Source: Planctomycetota bacterium (GTDB taxonomy: Bacteria; Planctomycetota; UBA1135; UBA2386). Taken from it: a stretch of 64,000 nucleotides of DNA. A program made the translations under genes and the position numbers. Positions 28,897 to 39,013 of this stretch are shown here, one piece after another (position 1 is the first letter of the stretch; every line of letters starts with the position of its first letter). Below the pieces are notes generated by a model. The model saw nothing but the letters and a program-made list of their open reading frames with translations. It was not told the DNA's origin and made no database searches. The stretch spans positions 5,600,001-5,664,000 of the forward strand of contig JBKAGP010000001.1 of NCBI GenBank assembly GCA_046290465.1, in the 5' to 3' direction.

Positions 28897-30207
28897 ATGA
28901 AGGCCATCCATCTGTTCTCCGTCCCTGTCCTGTGCTGCCTGGTGCTGTTCGCGTGCCAGCGCGAGCCGGGCAAGGTGTCGCAGCAGCCCGCCGCTGCGCA
29001 GGGTGCTGGTGACCAGCAGCCTGGCAAGCAGGCCGCCGGCAGCGGCAAGGTCGTCGACGCCGAGGTCGCGCCGTTCCAGCGCGAGCTGCTGAAGCTCGCG
29101 TTCGAGGCGGCGTCCAAGTTCCCGAAGTTCCCGCACAGCAAGAACCGGGGCCGCGCCCAGGAGGTCGTGCTGGTCGGCTGCTTCGAGCTCGGCCTGCCGC
29201 TGCTGGCGCTGCGGTTCGCGCCCGACGCCGAGGGCTACCGCCGCGGCATGGCCTACGCGGACTTCGCCTACTACAGCATCCAGCAGGGCGTCACCAAGGA
29301 CGTGCGCAGCTACCTGGAGCTCGCCACCAAGGTGGCCGACGAGGAGGCTGCCGTCCCCAACATGCAGCAGTGGCGGGTCGACAAGATCCGCCTGAAGGTC
29401 GCGCGCGCGCTCGCCGCGCTCGGCGAACTCGACGAGGCCTCGAAGGTGGCGGACAAGATCGGCGCGTCGTCGCGCGGCGCCGTCGACAGCAACTGGGCCG
29501 TGACCGTCTCGTCGCGCGTCGCCGGCATGACGCTCGAGCAGGCGCAGCGCGACCTGCGCTCGATCACCGACACGTTCTCCAGCCAGTCCCTGGGCGAGCA
29601 GTACTCGTCGCTGATGGTGCTGAGCGGCCTGCACGGCCGCTTCTTCGCCGACGAGGAGCTGCGCAAGGAGCTCGAAGAGCGGCTGCTGCTGCGCTTCTTC
29701 AAGCTGCCGGCCAACCTCCGGCTCGACGCGATCGCGCCGCTGGTCGGGCACTACCTCGCCGAAGAGGACGTCGACGGCGCCCGCGACATCATCGTCAAGA
29801 TGTCGGAGATCGTCAGCGAGGCGCGCTGGCGCCTCGAGGACAAGCTGCCGGAGCTGGCGCGCATCGCCGAACTGCACATCGACACCGGCGACACGGACCG
29901 CGCCCGGCAGGAACTCGAGCAGGCGCTCGCGATGTTCCACGAGGGCCGCGACGACATCGTCGGCATCTACCGCTGCGAGGCGCTGCGGCCGATCGCGATC
30001 GGGTTCCACCAGCTGGGCGACGCCGAGCAGGCCGACGGCCTGCTGGCGCTGGCCATCGAGGAGGGCATGCAGACCCCGAACTCGCGGCCGCGCTGCGACG
30101 ACCTCGTCGAGACCTGCGTCGCGATGGCCCGGCGGCGCGTCGAGCCGTCCGCGGAGCTGATGGCGCGGCTGCGCGAAATCTGTGACGGACTGAACGCCCC
30201 GTGGTAG
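28897..30207 (+). CDS. All-helical (TPR-like) hypothetical lipoprotein
   Basis: MKAIHLF...VLFAC lipobox; amphipathic helical repeats; 2 bp before the receptor. Confidence 0.75.
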   Translation: MKAIHLFSVPVLCCLVLFACQREPGKVSQQPAAAQGAGDQQPGKQAAGSGKVVDAEVAPFQRELLKLAFEAASKFPKFPHSKNRGRAQEVVLVGCFELGLPLLALRFAPDAEGYRRGMAYADFAYYSIQQGVTKDVRSYLELATKVADEEAAVPNMQQWRVDKIRLKVARALAALGELDEASKVADKIGASSRGAVDSNWAVTVSSRVAGMTLEQAQRDLRSITDTFSSQSLGEQYSSLMVLSGLHGRFFADEELRKELEERLLLRFFKLPANLRLDAIAPLVGHYLAEEDVDGARDIIVKMSEIVSEARWRLEDKLPELARIAELHIDTGDTDRARQELEQALAMFHEGRDDIVGIYRCEALRPIAIGFHQLGDAEQADGLLALAIEEGMQTPNSRPRCDDLVETCVAMARRRVEPSAELMARLREICDGLNAPW

Positions 30208-30209
30208 CC

Positions 30210-33209
30210 GTGAACCAGCACCGCCTCCTCCTCGGATTCTCGGCCGTGCTCGCGGCCTCGATGGCGCTGACGGCGCAGCAGGTCGGCACGATCCGCGGCA
30301 CCGTCATCGACAAGGACTTCAACGAGCCGCTGGCCGGTGCGGCGGTGCAGATCATCGGCGTGCAGGAGCGCCTGGTCACCGACGAGAACGGCGTGTTCGT
30401 GTTCCGCGGCCTGCAGCCGGATACCTACACGGTGGTGCTCGCCAAGGACGGCTACACCCGCACGGTGCGGCAGGTGCGGGTGACCGCCGGCCAGCAGACC
30501 AACGAGCGCATCGAGATGCTCGGGGACTTCACCGACCTCGAGGAGTTCGTCGTGCGCGAGCAGCTGGATCAGGCGCTCAACACCGAGGCGGCGCTGCTCG
30601 ACGACCGCTTCGACAATCCGGCGATGGTCGACGCGATCAGCAGCGAGCTGATGCAGAGCGCCGGCGCTGGCAGCGCCGACGAGGCGCTGCGGCTGGTCTC
30701 GGGCGCCTCGACCCAGGACGGCAAGTCGGCGGTGATCCGCGGGCTGCCGGACCGCTACGTCGCGACCCAGGTCAACGGCGTGCTGTTCCCGAGCTCCGAC
30801 GAGGACAAGCGCGCGGTCGAACTCGACGTGTTCCCGTCGAGCGCGATCCAGGCGGTCGAGGTCAGCAAGACCTTCACACCGGACCAGCAGGGCAACGCCT
30901 CCGGCGGCGCCGTCAACATCCGCTTGCGCAGCGTGCCGGACAAGCCGTTCTTCATCAACTGGAGTGCTGGCACCAGCTACAACACCCAGACCACCGGCCG
31001 CAGCGACTACCTCAGCTACGACGGCGGCGGCGTCAGCGCGTTCGGCAAGAGCGGCAGCAACCGCTCGGTGCAGGAGGAGGGCGAGAACTGGGAGGGCGCG
31101 GTCGGCGCCGATACCGCCGAGGCGCCCGACAACTTCAAGTGGTCGGTGTCGGCCGGCGGCCGCTACGAGCTCAACGACGAGTGGCGCGTCGGCGGCTTCG
31201 TCAACTTCTTCTACGACCGGCAGTCGCGGTTCCGCGAGAACGAGCGCGACGAGTCGTGGAAGATCGGCCAGGTCGGCAGCCTGATGACGCCGCAGACCCA
31301 GCTCGGCACGATCCAGCAGCCGCCGTTCACGACCTCGCTGCTGAACATCTCGCGCAGCCAGGAGACGGTGCAGTTCGGTGGCCTGTCGACGTTCGGCATC
31401 GCCAGCGACGACCACAGCCTGAACGTCACGCACCTGTTCTCGCGGGTCGCCGAGGACACGGTGACGTTCGCCGAGGACACCCAGGGCAAGAACTACTTCT
31501 TCCCCGGCCACGACCCGAACGATCCGAGCTCGCCGGGCTTCAGCGCCAACGACTCGGCGCCGTGGACGCGCCAGCAGACGCTGGCCTACGTCGAGCGCGG
31601 CACCGAGGCGCTGCAGCTGAGCGGCCGCCACCGCTGGGAGCTGTGGGGCTTCGGCTCGCTGCGCGGCATCGAGATGGACTGGACCGTCGCGCGCAACAAG
31701 GCGTTCCGCGACACGCCCGACCGCCGCGAGTTCGCGACCTTCTGGGATCCGGGCGCGGGCCCGAACGGCACGTTCTTCCAGCTCAAGCCGGCGGCCGAGT
31801 TCACGCTCGGCAACCTGCAGCGCACGTTCATCCGGATCGAGGAGGAGAGCGAGGAGCTGGCGCTGAACTTCAAGCTGCCGATCGAGATCTGGGGCGGCCG
31901 CGAGGGCGCGGTCAAGTTCGGCTGGTTCCAGGACAGCGTCGAGCGAACGTTCACGCAGCAGACGTTCTCCAACTTCAACGACCCCAACCAGCAGTTCCAG
32001 GGCAACTGGGAGGGCATCGGCTGGGCGCAGAACTGGGTCTTCGAGGACCACGCGATCACCGCGGCGGACACCGACGTCGACTACGCCGGCACGCAGGACA
32101 TCGAGGCGCAGTACGTGATGCTCGACCTGCCGCTGACCGAGCAGCTGCGGGTCGTCGGCGGCGTGCGCTGGGAGACCACCGACATCTCGATCAGGAGTGA
32201 TCCCGAGGAGCGCGCCACCTGGGTGCCGTCGGTCGACCCCAACGGCAACCCGAACTTCGGCATCGCCAACTTCCCGGTCAGCGATCCGAGCGACCCGACG
32301 TTCGACGCCGACCTGCTGGCGCTGGCCAACCCGCAGCGTTCGCAGGACAACGTGCTGCCGGCGATCGGCCTGATCTACGAGCCGGTCGACGGGCTGATCT
32401 TCCGCGCGTCGTACACCGAGACGCTGGCGCGGCAGACGTTCAAGGAGCTGTCGCCGGTGTTCCAGCAGGAATACATCGGCGGCCCGGTCTTCATCGGCGA
32501 CCCCAACCTCGAGATCAGCGACGTGCGCAACATCGACTTCCGGGTCGACTACACGCCGGCGCCGGGCTCGCTGTTCTCGGTGTCGTACTTCAAGAAGATC
32601 ATCGACAACCCGATCGAGTACGTCGAAGCCGCGCAGGGCTTCACGTTCACCAAGCCGGTCAACTGCCCGCGCGGCAAGCTGACCGGGTGGGAGGTCGAGA
32701 TCCGGCAGGAGATGGGGCAGCTGTGGGATCCGCTCGGCGGCCTGCAGCTCGGCGGCAACTCGACCTGGATCGAGGCGACCGTGCGTCGGCCCGACAGCGA
32801 GGTGCTGCAGTTCGAGCAGTTCCAGGGCGTGCGCGACAACACGACGCGCGACATGACCGACGCGCCCGACTACCTGTGGAACCTGTTCGCGACCTACGAC
32901 GTGCCGGCGACCGGCACCAGCTTCGGCGCGTTCTACACGGTGGTCGGCGACACGCTGATCCAGGGCCCCGGCCCGTCGAACAGCGCGTTCATCCCGGCGA
33001 CCTACGACAAGTCGTACGACAACCTGACGCTGACGATGCGGCAGTCGCTCGGCAAGGGCGTGACGCTGTCGTTCTCGGCCAAGAACCTCACCGACGCCAA
33101 CCGCCAGCAGGTCTACCGCACCAAGTACCTGCCCGAGGACGTCGTGCGCCGCGACTACACGACCGGCATCACCTACTCGCTGTCGATCGGCGGCGAGATC
33201 CGTTTCTGA
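30210..33209 (+). CDS. TonB-dependent outer membrane receptor with N-terminal CarboxypepD_reg-like domain
   Basis: GTIRGTVID..PLAGAAV; plug VIRGLPDRY..LDVFPSS.IQAVEVSKT.TPD..GGAVNI; GDPNLE, KNLTD; terminal Phe. Confidence 0.93.
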   Translation: MNQHRLLLGFSAVLAASMALTAQQVGTIRGTVIDKDFNEPLAGAAVQIIGVQERLVTDENGVFVFRGLQPDTYTVVLAKDGYTRTVRQVRVTAGQQTNERIEMLGDFTDLEEFVVREQLDQALNTEAALLDDRFDNPAMVDAISSELMQSAGAGSADEALRLVSGASTQDGKSAVIRGLPDRYVATQVNGVLFPSSDEDKRAVELDVFPSSAIQAVEVSKTFTPDQQGNASGGAVNIRLRSVPDKPFFINWSAGTSYNTQTTGRSDYLSYDGGGVSAFGKSGSNRSVQEEGENWEGAVGADTAEAPDNFKWSVSAGGRYELNDEWRVGGFVNFFYDRQSRFRENERDESWKIGQVGSLMTPQTQLGTIQQPPFTTSLLNISRSQETVQFGGLSTFGIASDDHSLNVTHLFSRVAEDTVTFAEDTQGKNYFFPGHDPNDPSSPGFSANDSAPWTRQQTLAYVERGTEALQLSGRHRWELWGFGSLRGIEMDWTVARNKAFRDTPDRREFATFWDPGAGPNGTFFQLKPAAEFTLGNLQRTFIRIEEESEELALNFKLPIEIWGGREGAVKFGWFQDSVERTFTQQTFSNFNDPNQQFQGNWEGIGWAQNWVFEDHAITAADTDVDYAGTQDIEAQYVMLDLPLTEQLRVVGGVRWETTDISIRSDPEERATWVPSVDPNGNPNFGIANFPVSDPSDPTFDADLLALANPQRSQDNVLPAIGLIYEPVDGLIFRASYTETLARQTFKELSPVFQQEYIGGPVFIGDPNLEISDVRNIDFRVDYTPAPGSLFSVSYFKKIIDNPIEYVEAAQGFTFTKPVNCPRGKLTGWEVEIRQEMGQLWDPLGGLQLGGNSTWIEATVRRPDSEVLQFEQFQGVRDNTTRDMTDAPDYLWNLFATYDVPATGTSFGAFYTVVGDTLIQGPGPSNSAFIPATYDKSYDNLTLTMRQSLGKGVTLSFSAKNLTDANRQQVYRTKYLPEDVVRRDYTTGITYSLSIGGEIRF

Positions 33210-33265
33210 ACCGCATACCCACACCGTTTCCCGCACCCCCTGGTCGCGCCGCGACCGACCTCACC

Positions 33266-34114
33266 ATGGAAGCCATCCAGCGCCACGACGGGCCCGAGCA
33301 GACGCGCACCGCGCGCCGTTCGCTGTTGCCCGCGCTCCTGATCTCCCTCGCCTTGTCGGCCCCGCAACTCACCGCCCAGCAAGGTGGGGCGCAGGACCCG
33401 GCGGAGCTGGCCAAGGCCATGCGCTCGGCGCACGCGGAGTACGCGCTGGCCAAGCGCACGATCTCCGAGGAGCGCGAAGCCTGGCGCAAGGGCAAGCAGA
33501 CGCTCGAGACCCAGATCCAGGTGCTGAACGGCGAGTACGAGTCGTTCGTCGAGCGCATCGCCGAGGCCAAGAAGAGCATCGAGGCCGCCGACAAGAAGTA
33601 CGGCGAGCTGGAGAAGCAGAAGGCCGAGCTGGAGCGCGTCACCAAGGTGCTCGAGCAGCGCATCACCAAGCTCGAGCAGCGCACGCTGGCACTGCTCGAG
33701 CGGGTGCCGGCGCCGCTCGCCCTCAACGTGCAGACGATCTCGCAGCTGCTGCCGGAGAACGACGAGCAGCGGGAGAAGCTGTCGCTGAGCGTTCGCTACC
33801 AGAACGTGATGGGCGTGCTCAACCCGATCGACAAGTGGAACCGCGAGGTCAAGCTCGAGAACGAGCGCCGCGACCTGCCGAACGGCAAGAGCGTCTCGGT
33901 GACGGTGCTCTACGTCGGCCTGGCGCAGGGCTACTACGTCGGCGGCAAGGGCCCCGACGGCAAGCCGAACATCGCCGGGGTCGGCACGTCGACCGCCGAC
34001 GGCTGGCGCTGGACGCCGTCGAACGAGCTGGCCGCCGACATCGCCAAGGCGGTCTCGATCTACCGCAACGAGCAGCTCGCCGCGCTGGTGCAGCTGCCGG
34101 TCAGCATCCTGTGA
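33266..34114 (+). CDS. DUF3450-like periplasmic coiled-coil protein
   Basis: Signal peptide, long coiled coil, VLYVGLAQGYY, GWRW, C-terminal LVQLPV; typical position in TonB2-type operons. Confidence 0.75.
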   Translation: MEAIQRHDGPEQTRTARRSLLPALLISLALSAPQLTAQQGGAQDPAELAKAMRSAHAEYALAKRTISEEREAWRKGKQTLETQIQVLNGEYESFVERIAEAKKSIEAADKKYGELEKQKAELERVTKVLEQRITKLEQRTLALLERVPAPLALNVQTISQLLPENDEQREKLSLSVRYQNVMGVLNPIDKWNREVKLENERRDLPNGKSVSVTVLYVGLAQGYYVGGKGPDGKPNIAGVGTSTADGWRWTPSNELAADIAKAVSIYRNEQLAALVQLPVSIL

Positions 34115-34128
34115 GCGAGGGCAACACG

Positions 34129-35649
34129 ATGAACACGAAGAGCAAGCTGTTGGCCCTGCTGGCCACGACGGCGCTGTGCGCCGGCTCGGCGTTCGCCCAG
34201 GGCGGCAACGCCGGTGCGAATCAGGATCCGAACGGCCAGAGTCCGGCTGGCCAAAACCCGGCTGGCCAAAACCCGGCCGGCCAGAAGCCGCAGCGCACCA
34301 TCGCGGACGCCGCCGCGTCGATGGACCGCGACATGAAGGCCGCGCTGCAGGAGCTCGACGCGCTGCGCACGGCGATCGGCGCCGAGCGCCTGCCGCTCGC
34401 CGAACGCCTCGGCGAGGTCGAGAAGAACCTGTCGGCGATCCGCAAGGAATACGACGCGGTCTCCAGCGACCTGGTCCAGAAGACCGACAGCCTGACCTCG
34501 CTCGAGGGCACGCTGAAGAGCCTGAACCAGCAGTCGGACTACCTGTCGACGCTGCTCGGCCAGTACACCGAGGAGTTCAAGACGCGCCTGCACATCGCCG
34601 AGCTGCAGCGCTACGCCGAGCCGCTGCAGGCCGCCAAGCTGGCGCTCGAGAACACCAAGCTGACCGACGAGGACCGCTTCGCGACGCAGCTCAGCGTCGT
34701 CGAGCTGTCGCTCGACAAGCTCGAGGACGCGCTCGGCGGCAGCCGCTTTCAGGGCACCGCCAAGGTCGAGAACGGCGAGTTCAAGGACGGCCGCATCGTG
34801 CTGGTCGGCCCGATGGCGCTGTTCCAGTCGGCCGACGGCCAGGACATCGGCTCGATCGAGGAGGAGCCCGGCTCGCAGGAGGCCAAGGTCGTGTCGTTCT
34901 CCGAGAAGGCGGACCGTGACGCGGCCGCCGGCCTCGCGGTCGGCAGCGGCGGCAGGTTCCCGATGGACGTGACGCTCGGCAACGCGCAGAAGGTCGAGGC
35001 GATCAAGGAGACCTGGTGGGAGCACGTCCAGAAGGGCGGCGTCATCATGATCCCGATGGCGGTGCTCGCCGGCGCGGCGCTGCTGGTCGTGCTGCTGAAG
35101 TGGCTGTCGATGGCGTTCATCCGCCGTCCGTCGAAGCGGCAGGTCGACCAGCTGCTCGACTCGATCGAAGGCAGCGACTACGCCTCGGCGGTCGAGATCG
35201 CCGAGTCGATGCCGGGCCCGGGTGGCCGCATGCTGCAGGCCGGCGCCGAGCACCTCGGCGAGCCGCGGGAACTGATCGAGGAGGTCATGTTCGAGAAGGT
35301 GCTGACCACCCGCCTGAGCCTGCAGAGCTGGCTGCCGTTCGTCGCGATCTGCGCGACCTCGGCGCCGCTGCTCGGCCTGCTCGGCACGGTGACCGGCATC
35401 ATGGGCACGTTCGCCTTGATGACCGAGTTCGGCACCGGCGACCCCAAGGTGCTGTCGTCCGGCATCTCCGAGGCGCTGATCACCACCGAGCACGGCCTGA
35501 TCATCGCCATCCCGTCGCTGCTGCTGCACGCGTTCCTGGCCCGCAAGGCCAAGGGCCTGACCGACGGCATGGAGAAGATGGCGGTGCAGTTCATGAACCA
35601 CGTGCGCACCCCCGAGCCGATCGATCACCACGATTCGGTCGAGGTCTGA
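34129..35649 (+). CDS. Long MotA/TolQ/ExbB protein (TtpC-like)
   Basis: Signal peptide, periplasmic coiled coil, HVQKGGVIMIP, APLLGLLGTVTG, GISEALITT; NPAGQ repeats. Confidence 0.88.
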   Translation: MNTKSKLLALLATTALCAGSAFAQGGNAGANQDPNGQSPAGQNPAGQNPAGQKPQRTIADAAASMDRDMKAALQELDALRTAIGAERLPLAERLGEVEKNLSAIRKEYDAVSSDLVQKTDSLTSLEGTLKSLNQQSDYLSTLLGQYTEEFKTRLHIAELQRYAEPLQAAKLALENTKLTDEDRFATQLSVVELSLDKLEDALGGSRFQGTAKVENGEFKDGRIVLVGPMALFQSADGQDIGSIEEEPGSQEAKVVSFSEKADRDAAAGLAVGSGGRFPMDVTLGNAQKVEAIKETWWEHVQKGGVIMIPMAVLAGAALLVVLLKWLSMAFIRRPSKRQVDQLLDSIEGSDYASAVEIAESMPGPGGRMLQAGAEHLGEPRELIEEVMFEKVLTTRLSLQSWLPFVAICATSAPLLGLLGTVTGIMGTFALMTEFGTGDPKVLSSGISEALITTEHGLIIAIPSLLLHAFLARKAKGLTDGMEKMAVQFMNHVRTPEPIDHHDSVEV

Positions 35650-35657
35650 GGCCAGCC

Positions 35658-36326
35658 ATGATCGCCTTGCTTGAAGAACCCGCCACGGTCATGGAGCAGT
35701 TCTGGCTGCTCTGGGACTCGGCGTGGGACATCTGGGAGAAGGGCGGCTGGGCGATGGGCGCGATCTTCGTGAACGCGGCCATCATGTTCGGCTTCGGCAC
35801 GCACACGTTCTTGAAGATCGCCGGCAAGCACTTCCGCGGCGTGCGCGAGAAGACCTGGCGGCTGTGGATCGAGCACCCGAAGTACCGCGAGGGCAAGATC
35901 GGCGAACTGCTCGACGAGGTCACGCTCGCCGAGACGCTCGAGGAGTCGGCCGCCGTCTTCGACGGCCTGCGTCAGGCCGAACTCGCGCCGATCAACCGCG
36001 AGCTCAAGATCATGAAGGTGTGCATCGCCGCAGCACCGCTGCTCGGCCTGCTCGGCACGGTCACCGGCATGCTCGCGACGTTCGCGGCGCTGGCGGCCGG
36101 CCAGGGCGGCGACAAGACGATGGCCGCCGTGTCGCAGGGCATCTCCGAAGCGCTGATCACGACCATGACCGGTCTGGTCGTCGCGCTGCCGGGGCTGTTC
36201 TTCCAGTACATGCTCTCGCGGATGCGGGACACCTACGCGGCGTTCCTGGCGCAGCTCGAGACGGGCTGCACGCAGGAGCTCTATCGCCGCATCCTCGAAT
36301 CGGGCAACGGCCAGGAAGCCGCCTGA
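35658..36326 (+). CDS. exbB: ExbB proton channel protein
   Basis: GGWAMGAI, APLLGLLGTVTGM, GISEALITTMTGL. Confidence 0.88.
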   Translation: MIALLEEPATVMEQFWLLWDSAWDIWEKGGWAMGAIFVNAAIMFGFGTHTFLKIAGKHFRGVREKTWRLWIEHPKYREGKIGELLDEVTLAETLEESAAVFDGLRQAELAPINRELKIMKVCIAAAPLLGLLGTVTGMLATFAALAAGQGGDKTMAAVSQGISEALITTMTGLVVALPGLFFQYMLSRMRDTYAAFLAQLETGCTQELYRRILESGNGQEAA

Positions 36327-36365
36327 TTCGCCGACACGACATTCCAATCCAAGCCAGGACCAACC

Positions 36366-36776
36366 ATGGGACGTTTCCGCGACTTCAGTGGCGAAGGTGA
36401 AGCCGAGGGCGGCATCGACATGTCGCCGATGATCGACTGCGTCTTCATCCTGCTGATCTTCTTCATCGTGACCACGACGTTCGTCGAGGAGACCGGCATC
36501 GACGTCGACAAGCCGCAGGCGGCCGCGTCGGTGTCGCTGAAGAAGAACAGCGTGATGTTCGCGCTGACCAAGGAGGGCGAGGTCTACTTCGACTCCAAGC
36601 CGGTCGGCCTCGCCGCGGTGCGCGGCATCGTCGCGCGCAAGATGCTCAAGGAGAAGCAGCCGGTGATCGTGCAGGTCGACCAGGCTGCGTCGGCCGGCAT
36701 GCTGACGCGCGTCATCGACCAGTGCAAGCTCGGCAACGCCGAGACCGTCAGCATCGCGACCAAGAAGGGGTCCTGA
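36366..36776 (+). CDS. exbD: ExbD biopolymer transport protein
   Basis: IDMSPMIDCVFILLIFFIVTTTF, VDKPQA, VIDQCKL. Confidence 0.93.
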   Translation: MGRFRDFSGEGEAEGGIDMSPMIDCVFILLIFFIVTTTFVEETGIDVDKPQAAASVSLKKNSVMFALTKEGEVYFDSKPVGLAAVRGIVARKMLKEKQPVIVQVDQAASAGMLTRVIDQCKLGNAETVSIATKKGS

Positions 36777-36779
36777 GCG

Positions 36780-37442
36780 ATGGAACCCGAGATCCGGTCC
36801 AGTTCGTTGAAGCGCTTCAGCCACACGTTCGCCGTGTTGAGCGGCGGCCTGGTGCTGGCGCTCGGCTGCTTCCTGCTGCTGCCGCTGCTGCGCGCGATCA
36901 CCGCGCCGCCGAAGGCGGACCTGGAGCTGCGCAAGGCCGACACGACCCAGCTGCCGCCGCCGCCGCCGCCCAAGCAGGAGGAGGAGAAGAAGCAGGAGGA
37001 AGAGGAGCCGCCACCGCCGGCGCCGGCCGCGGACGCGCCGCCGCTCGACCTGTCGGACCTCGAGATGGTGCTCAGTGGCGGCTTCGGTGACGGCGGCGGC
37101 ACGTTCGCTGGCTCGCTGCCGCTGGCGCTGCCCGGCGGCGGGTCGACCGGCAACATGGCCGACCTGTTCAACATGGGCGACCTCGAGGAGAAGCCGCGCG
37201 TGATCTTCCGCGCGCGCCCCGAGCTGACCCGCGAGATGCGCAAGCGCATGCCGTGCACGGTCAACATCCTGATGACCGTCAACAAGCAGGGCCGCGTCGT
37301 GAACCCGACCGTCTACAGCACGGACGATCCGCTGTTCAACGACTCCGCCCTGAAGGCGATCCGCCAGTGGAAGTTCGAGCCCGGCAAGCGCAAGGGCAAG
37401 CCCGACGACTTCCGCGTTCGCCAGCCGATTACATTCAAGTGA
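36780..37442 (+). CDS. tonB: Energy transducer TonB
   Basis: TM anchor, Pro/Glu-rich linker, VNKQGRV..ALKAIRQWKFEPG..QPITF. Confidence 0.88.
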   Translation: MEPEIRSSSLKRFSHTFAVLSGGLVLALGCFLLLPLLRAITAPPKADLELRKADTTQLPPPPPPKQEEEKKQEEEEPPPPAPAADAPPLDLSDLEMVLSGGFGDGGGTFAGSLPLALPGGGSTGNMADLFNMGDLEEKPRVIFRARPELTREMRKRMPCTVNILMTVNKQGRVVNPTVYSTDDPLFNDSALKAIRQWKFEPGKRKGKPDDFRVRQPITFK

Positions 37443-37452
37443 GGTGCAACTG

Positions 37453-38985
37453 ATGTCCCCCCGCATTCTGACCAGCTCTGTGGTCGCGCTGCTGTCCCTG
37501 GCGGCGTGTTCGACCAACTCCAACGGATCGGCCGGCAACGAGCAGGTCGCGTCGAACGAATCCGAAACCGGTCCCGGTGATGCCGGTGGCCGCGCCGAAG
37601 GCGGCGCCGCCGCGGCCGAGGGTGTGTTCCGGGAAGGCTCGAAGGAGCTGACCGAACAGCAGCAGAAGGCGCAGTCGATCATCCGCGAGATCTGGCAGAC
37701 GCCCGGCTTCAAGCGGTCGGTCATGCAGAACTGGCTGCGCGGCAGCGAGGTCGAGCCGCAGTTGACGTTGCGCGAAGGGGAGTTCCGGACCGAGGTGCTG
37801 CAGCTGATCGCCGATGGCGACAACAAGGACGCCGAGTCGCGCTTGCGGAGCCTGCAGGGCGAGGGTGCCAACTCCGTGTGGGACTTCATGCTCGGCAACC
37901 TGTTGTTCGGGGACGGTCGGTTCGCCGACGCGCAGAAGGAACTGGTCAAGGCGGTCGCGAAGTACCCGAAGTTCCGCCGTGCCTGGCAGGTTCTCGGCTT
38001 CTCACAGATGCGTGACGGCAAGTTCGCGTCGGCCGCAGAATCGCTGTCCGAGGTGATCAAGCTCGGTGGTGGGGACGCGCAGACCTACGGCTTCCTCGGT
38101 CTCGCCCACGCGCAGGGCGGCAGCTACGCCGCGGCCGAGTCGGCGTTCCGCTACACGATCATGATGGACCCGCGCGATGATCGCTGGCAGCAGCTGCTGG
38201 CCGACGTGCTGGGCCGCCAGGGCAAGTACGCCGACAGCATCAGCCTGATCGACCGCCTGCTCGCCAAGGACCGCAACAACGTCAACCTCTGGAAGATGCA
38301 GGCGTACGCGTTCGCCAACATGGGCGAGACCCAGAAGGCGGCCACCAACTTCGAGATCATCGACCGCCTCGGCGGCGCCGACTACAACGCGCTGGCGACG
38401 CTCGGCACGATCTACTTCAACGACGAGCTGTACACGCTGGCGGTCGACGCCTACCTGCGCGCGATCGAGAAGAAGGACCGCGGCGAGCACGACGCGGTGC
38501 TCGGCATCGCCAACCGCCTCGCGTCGCGTTCGGTCTACGACGAGGCCAGCCGCCTGATCCAGGGCATCGAGAAGGCCTACGCCGACACGTTGCCGCAGGA
38601 CAGCAAGCTCGAGATGCTCAAGCTGCGGGCGCGTCTCGCGGTCGCCTCGGGCGCGACCGAGGAGCAGATCGCGCTGCTCAAGGAGATCGTCAAGCAGAAC
38701 CAGCTCGACGGCGACGCGCTGATCCAGCTGGCGCGCTACTACCAGGACAAGGGCGAGATCGAGCAGGCCATCTTCCGCTACGAGCAGGCGGCCCGGAACC
38801 CCGAGTTCGCCGCCGACGCCAGGGTCCTGCACGCGCAGCTGCTGTCCAACAACCAGCGCTACGCCGAGGCCGAGCCGCTGCTCGAAGCCGCGATCAACCT
38901 GAAGCCGCGCGACGACGTCCAGCAGCTGCTCGAGTACGTCAAGCGCGCCAAGGCCCGCGCCGCCAGCAAGAAGGCCGGCTCGTAA
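37453..38985 (+). CDS. TPR-repeat lipoprotein
   Basis: LSLAAC lipobox; multiple TPRs; last gene of the TonB cluster. Confidence 0.85.
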   Translation: MSPRILTSSVVALLSLAACSTNSNGSAGNEQVASNESETGPGDAGGRAEGGAAAAEGVFREGSKELTEQQQKAQSIIREIWQTPGFKRSVMQNWLRGSEVEPQLTLREGEFRTEVLQLIADGDNKDAESRLRSLQGEGANSVWDFMLGNLLFGDGRFADAQKELVKAVAKYPKFRRAWQVLGFSQMRDGKFASAAESLSEVIKLGGGDAQTYGFLGLAHAQGGSYAAAESAFRYTIMMDPRDDRWQQLLADVLGRQGKYADSISLIDRLLAKDRNNVNLWKMQAYAFANMGETQKAATNFEIIDRLGGADYNALATLGTIYFNDELYTLAVDAYLRAIEKKDRGEHDAVLGIANRLASRSVYDEASRLIQGIEKAYADTLPQDSKLEMLKLRARLAVASGATEEQIALLKEIVKQNQLDGDALIQLARYYQDKGEIEQAIFRYEQAARNPEFAADARVLHAQLLSNNQRYAEAEPLLEAAINLKPRDDVQQLLEYVKRAKARAASKKAGS

Positions 38986-39013
38986 GCCCGCGCGGCGGCC
39001 CGCAGCGGACGGC

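Noticed and set aside
34225..34290. 15-bp repeats in the TtpC-like gene
   Set aside because: Simple coding linker repeat (xPAGQ), not a separate element
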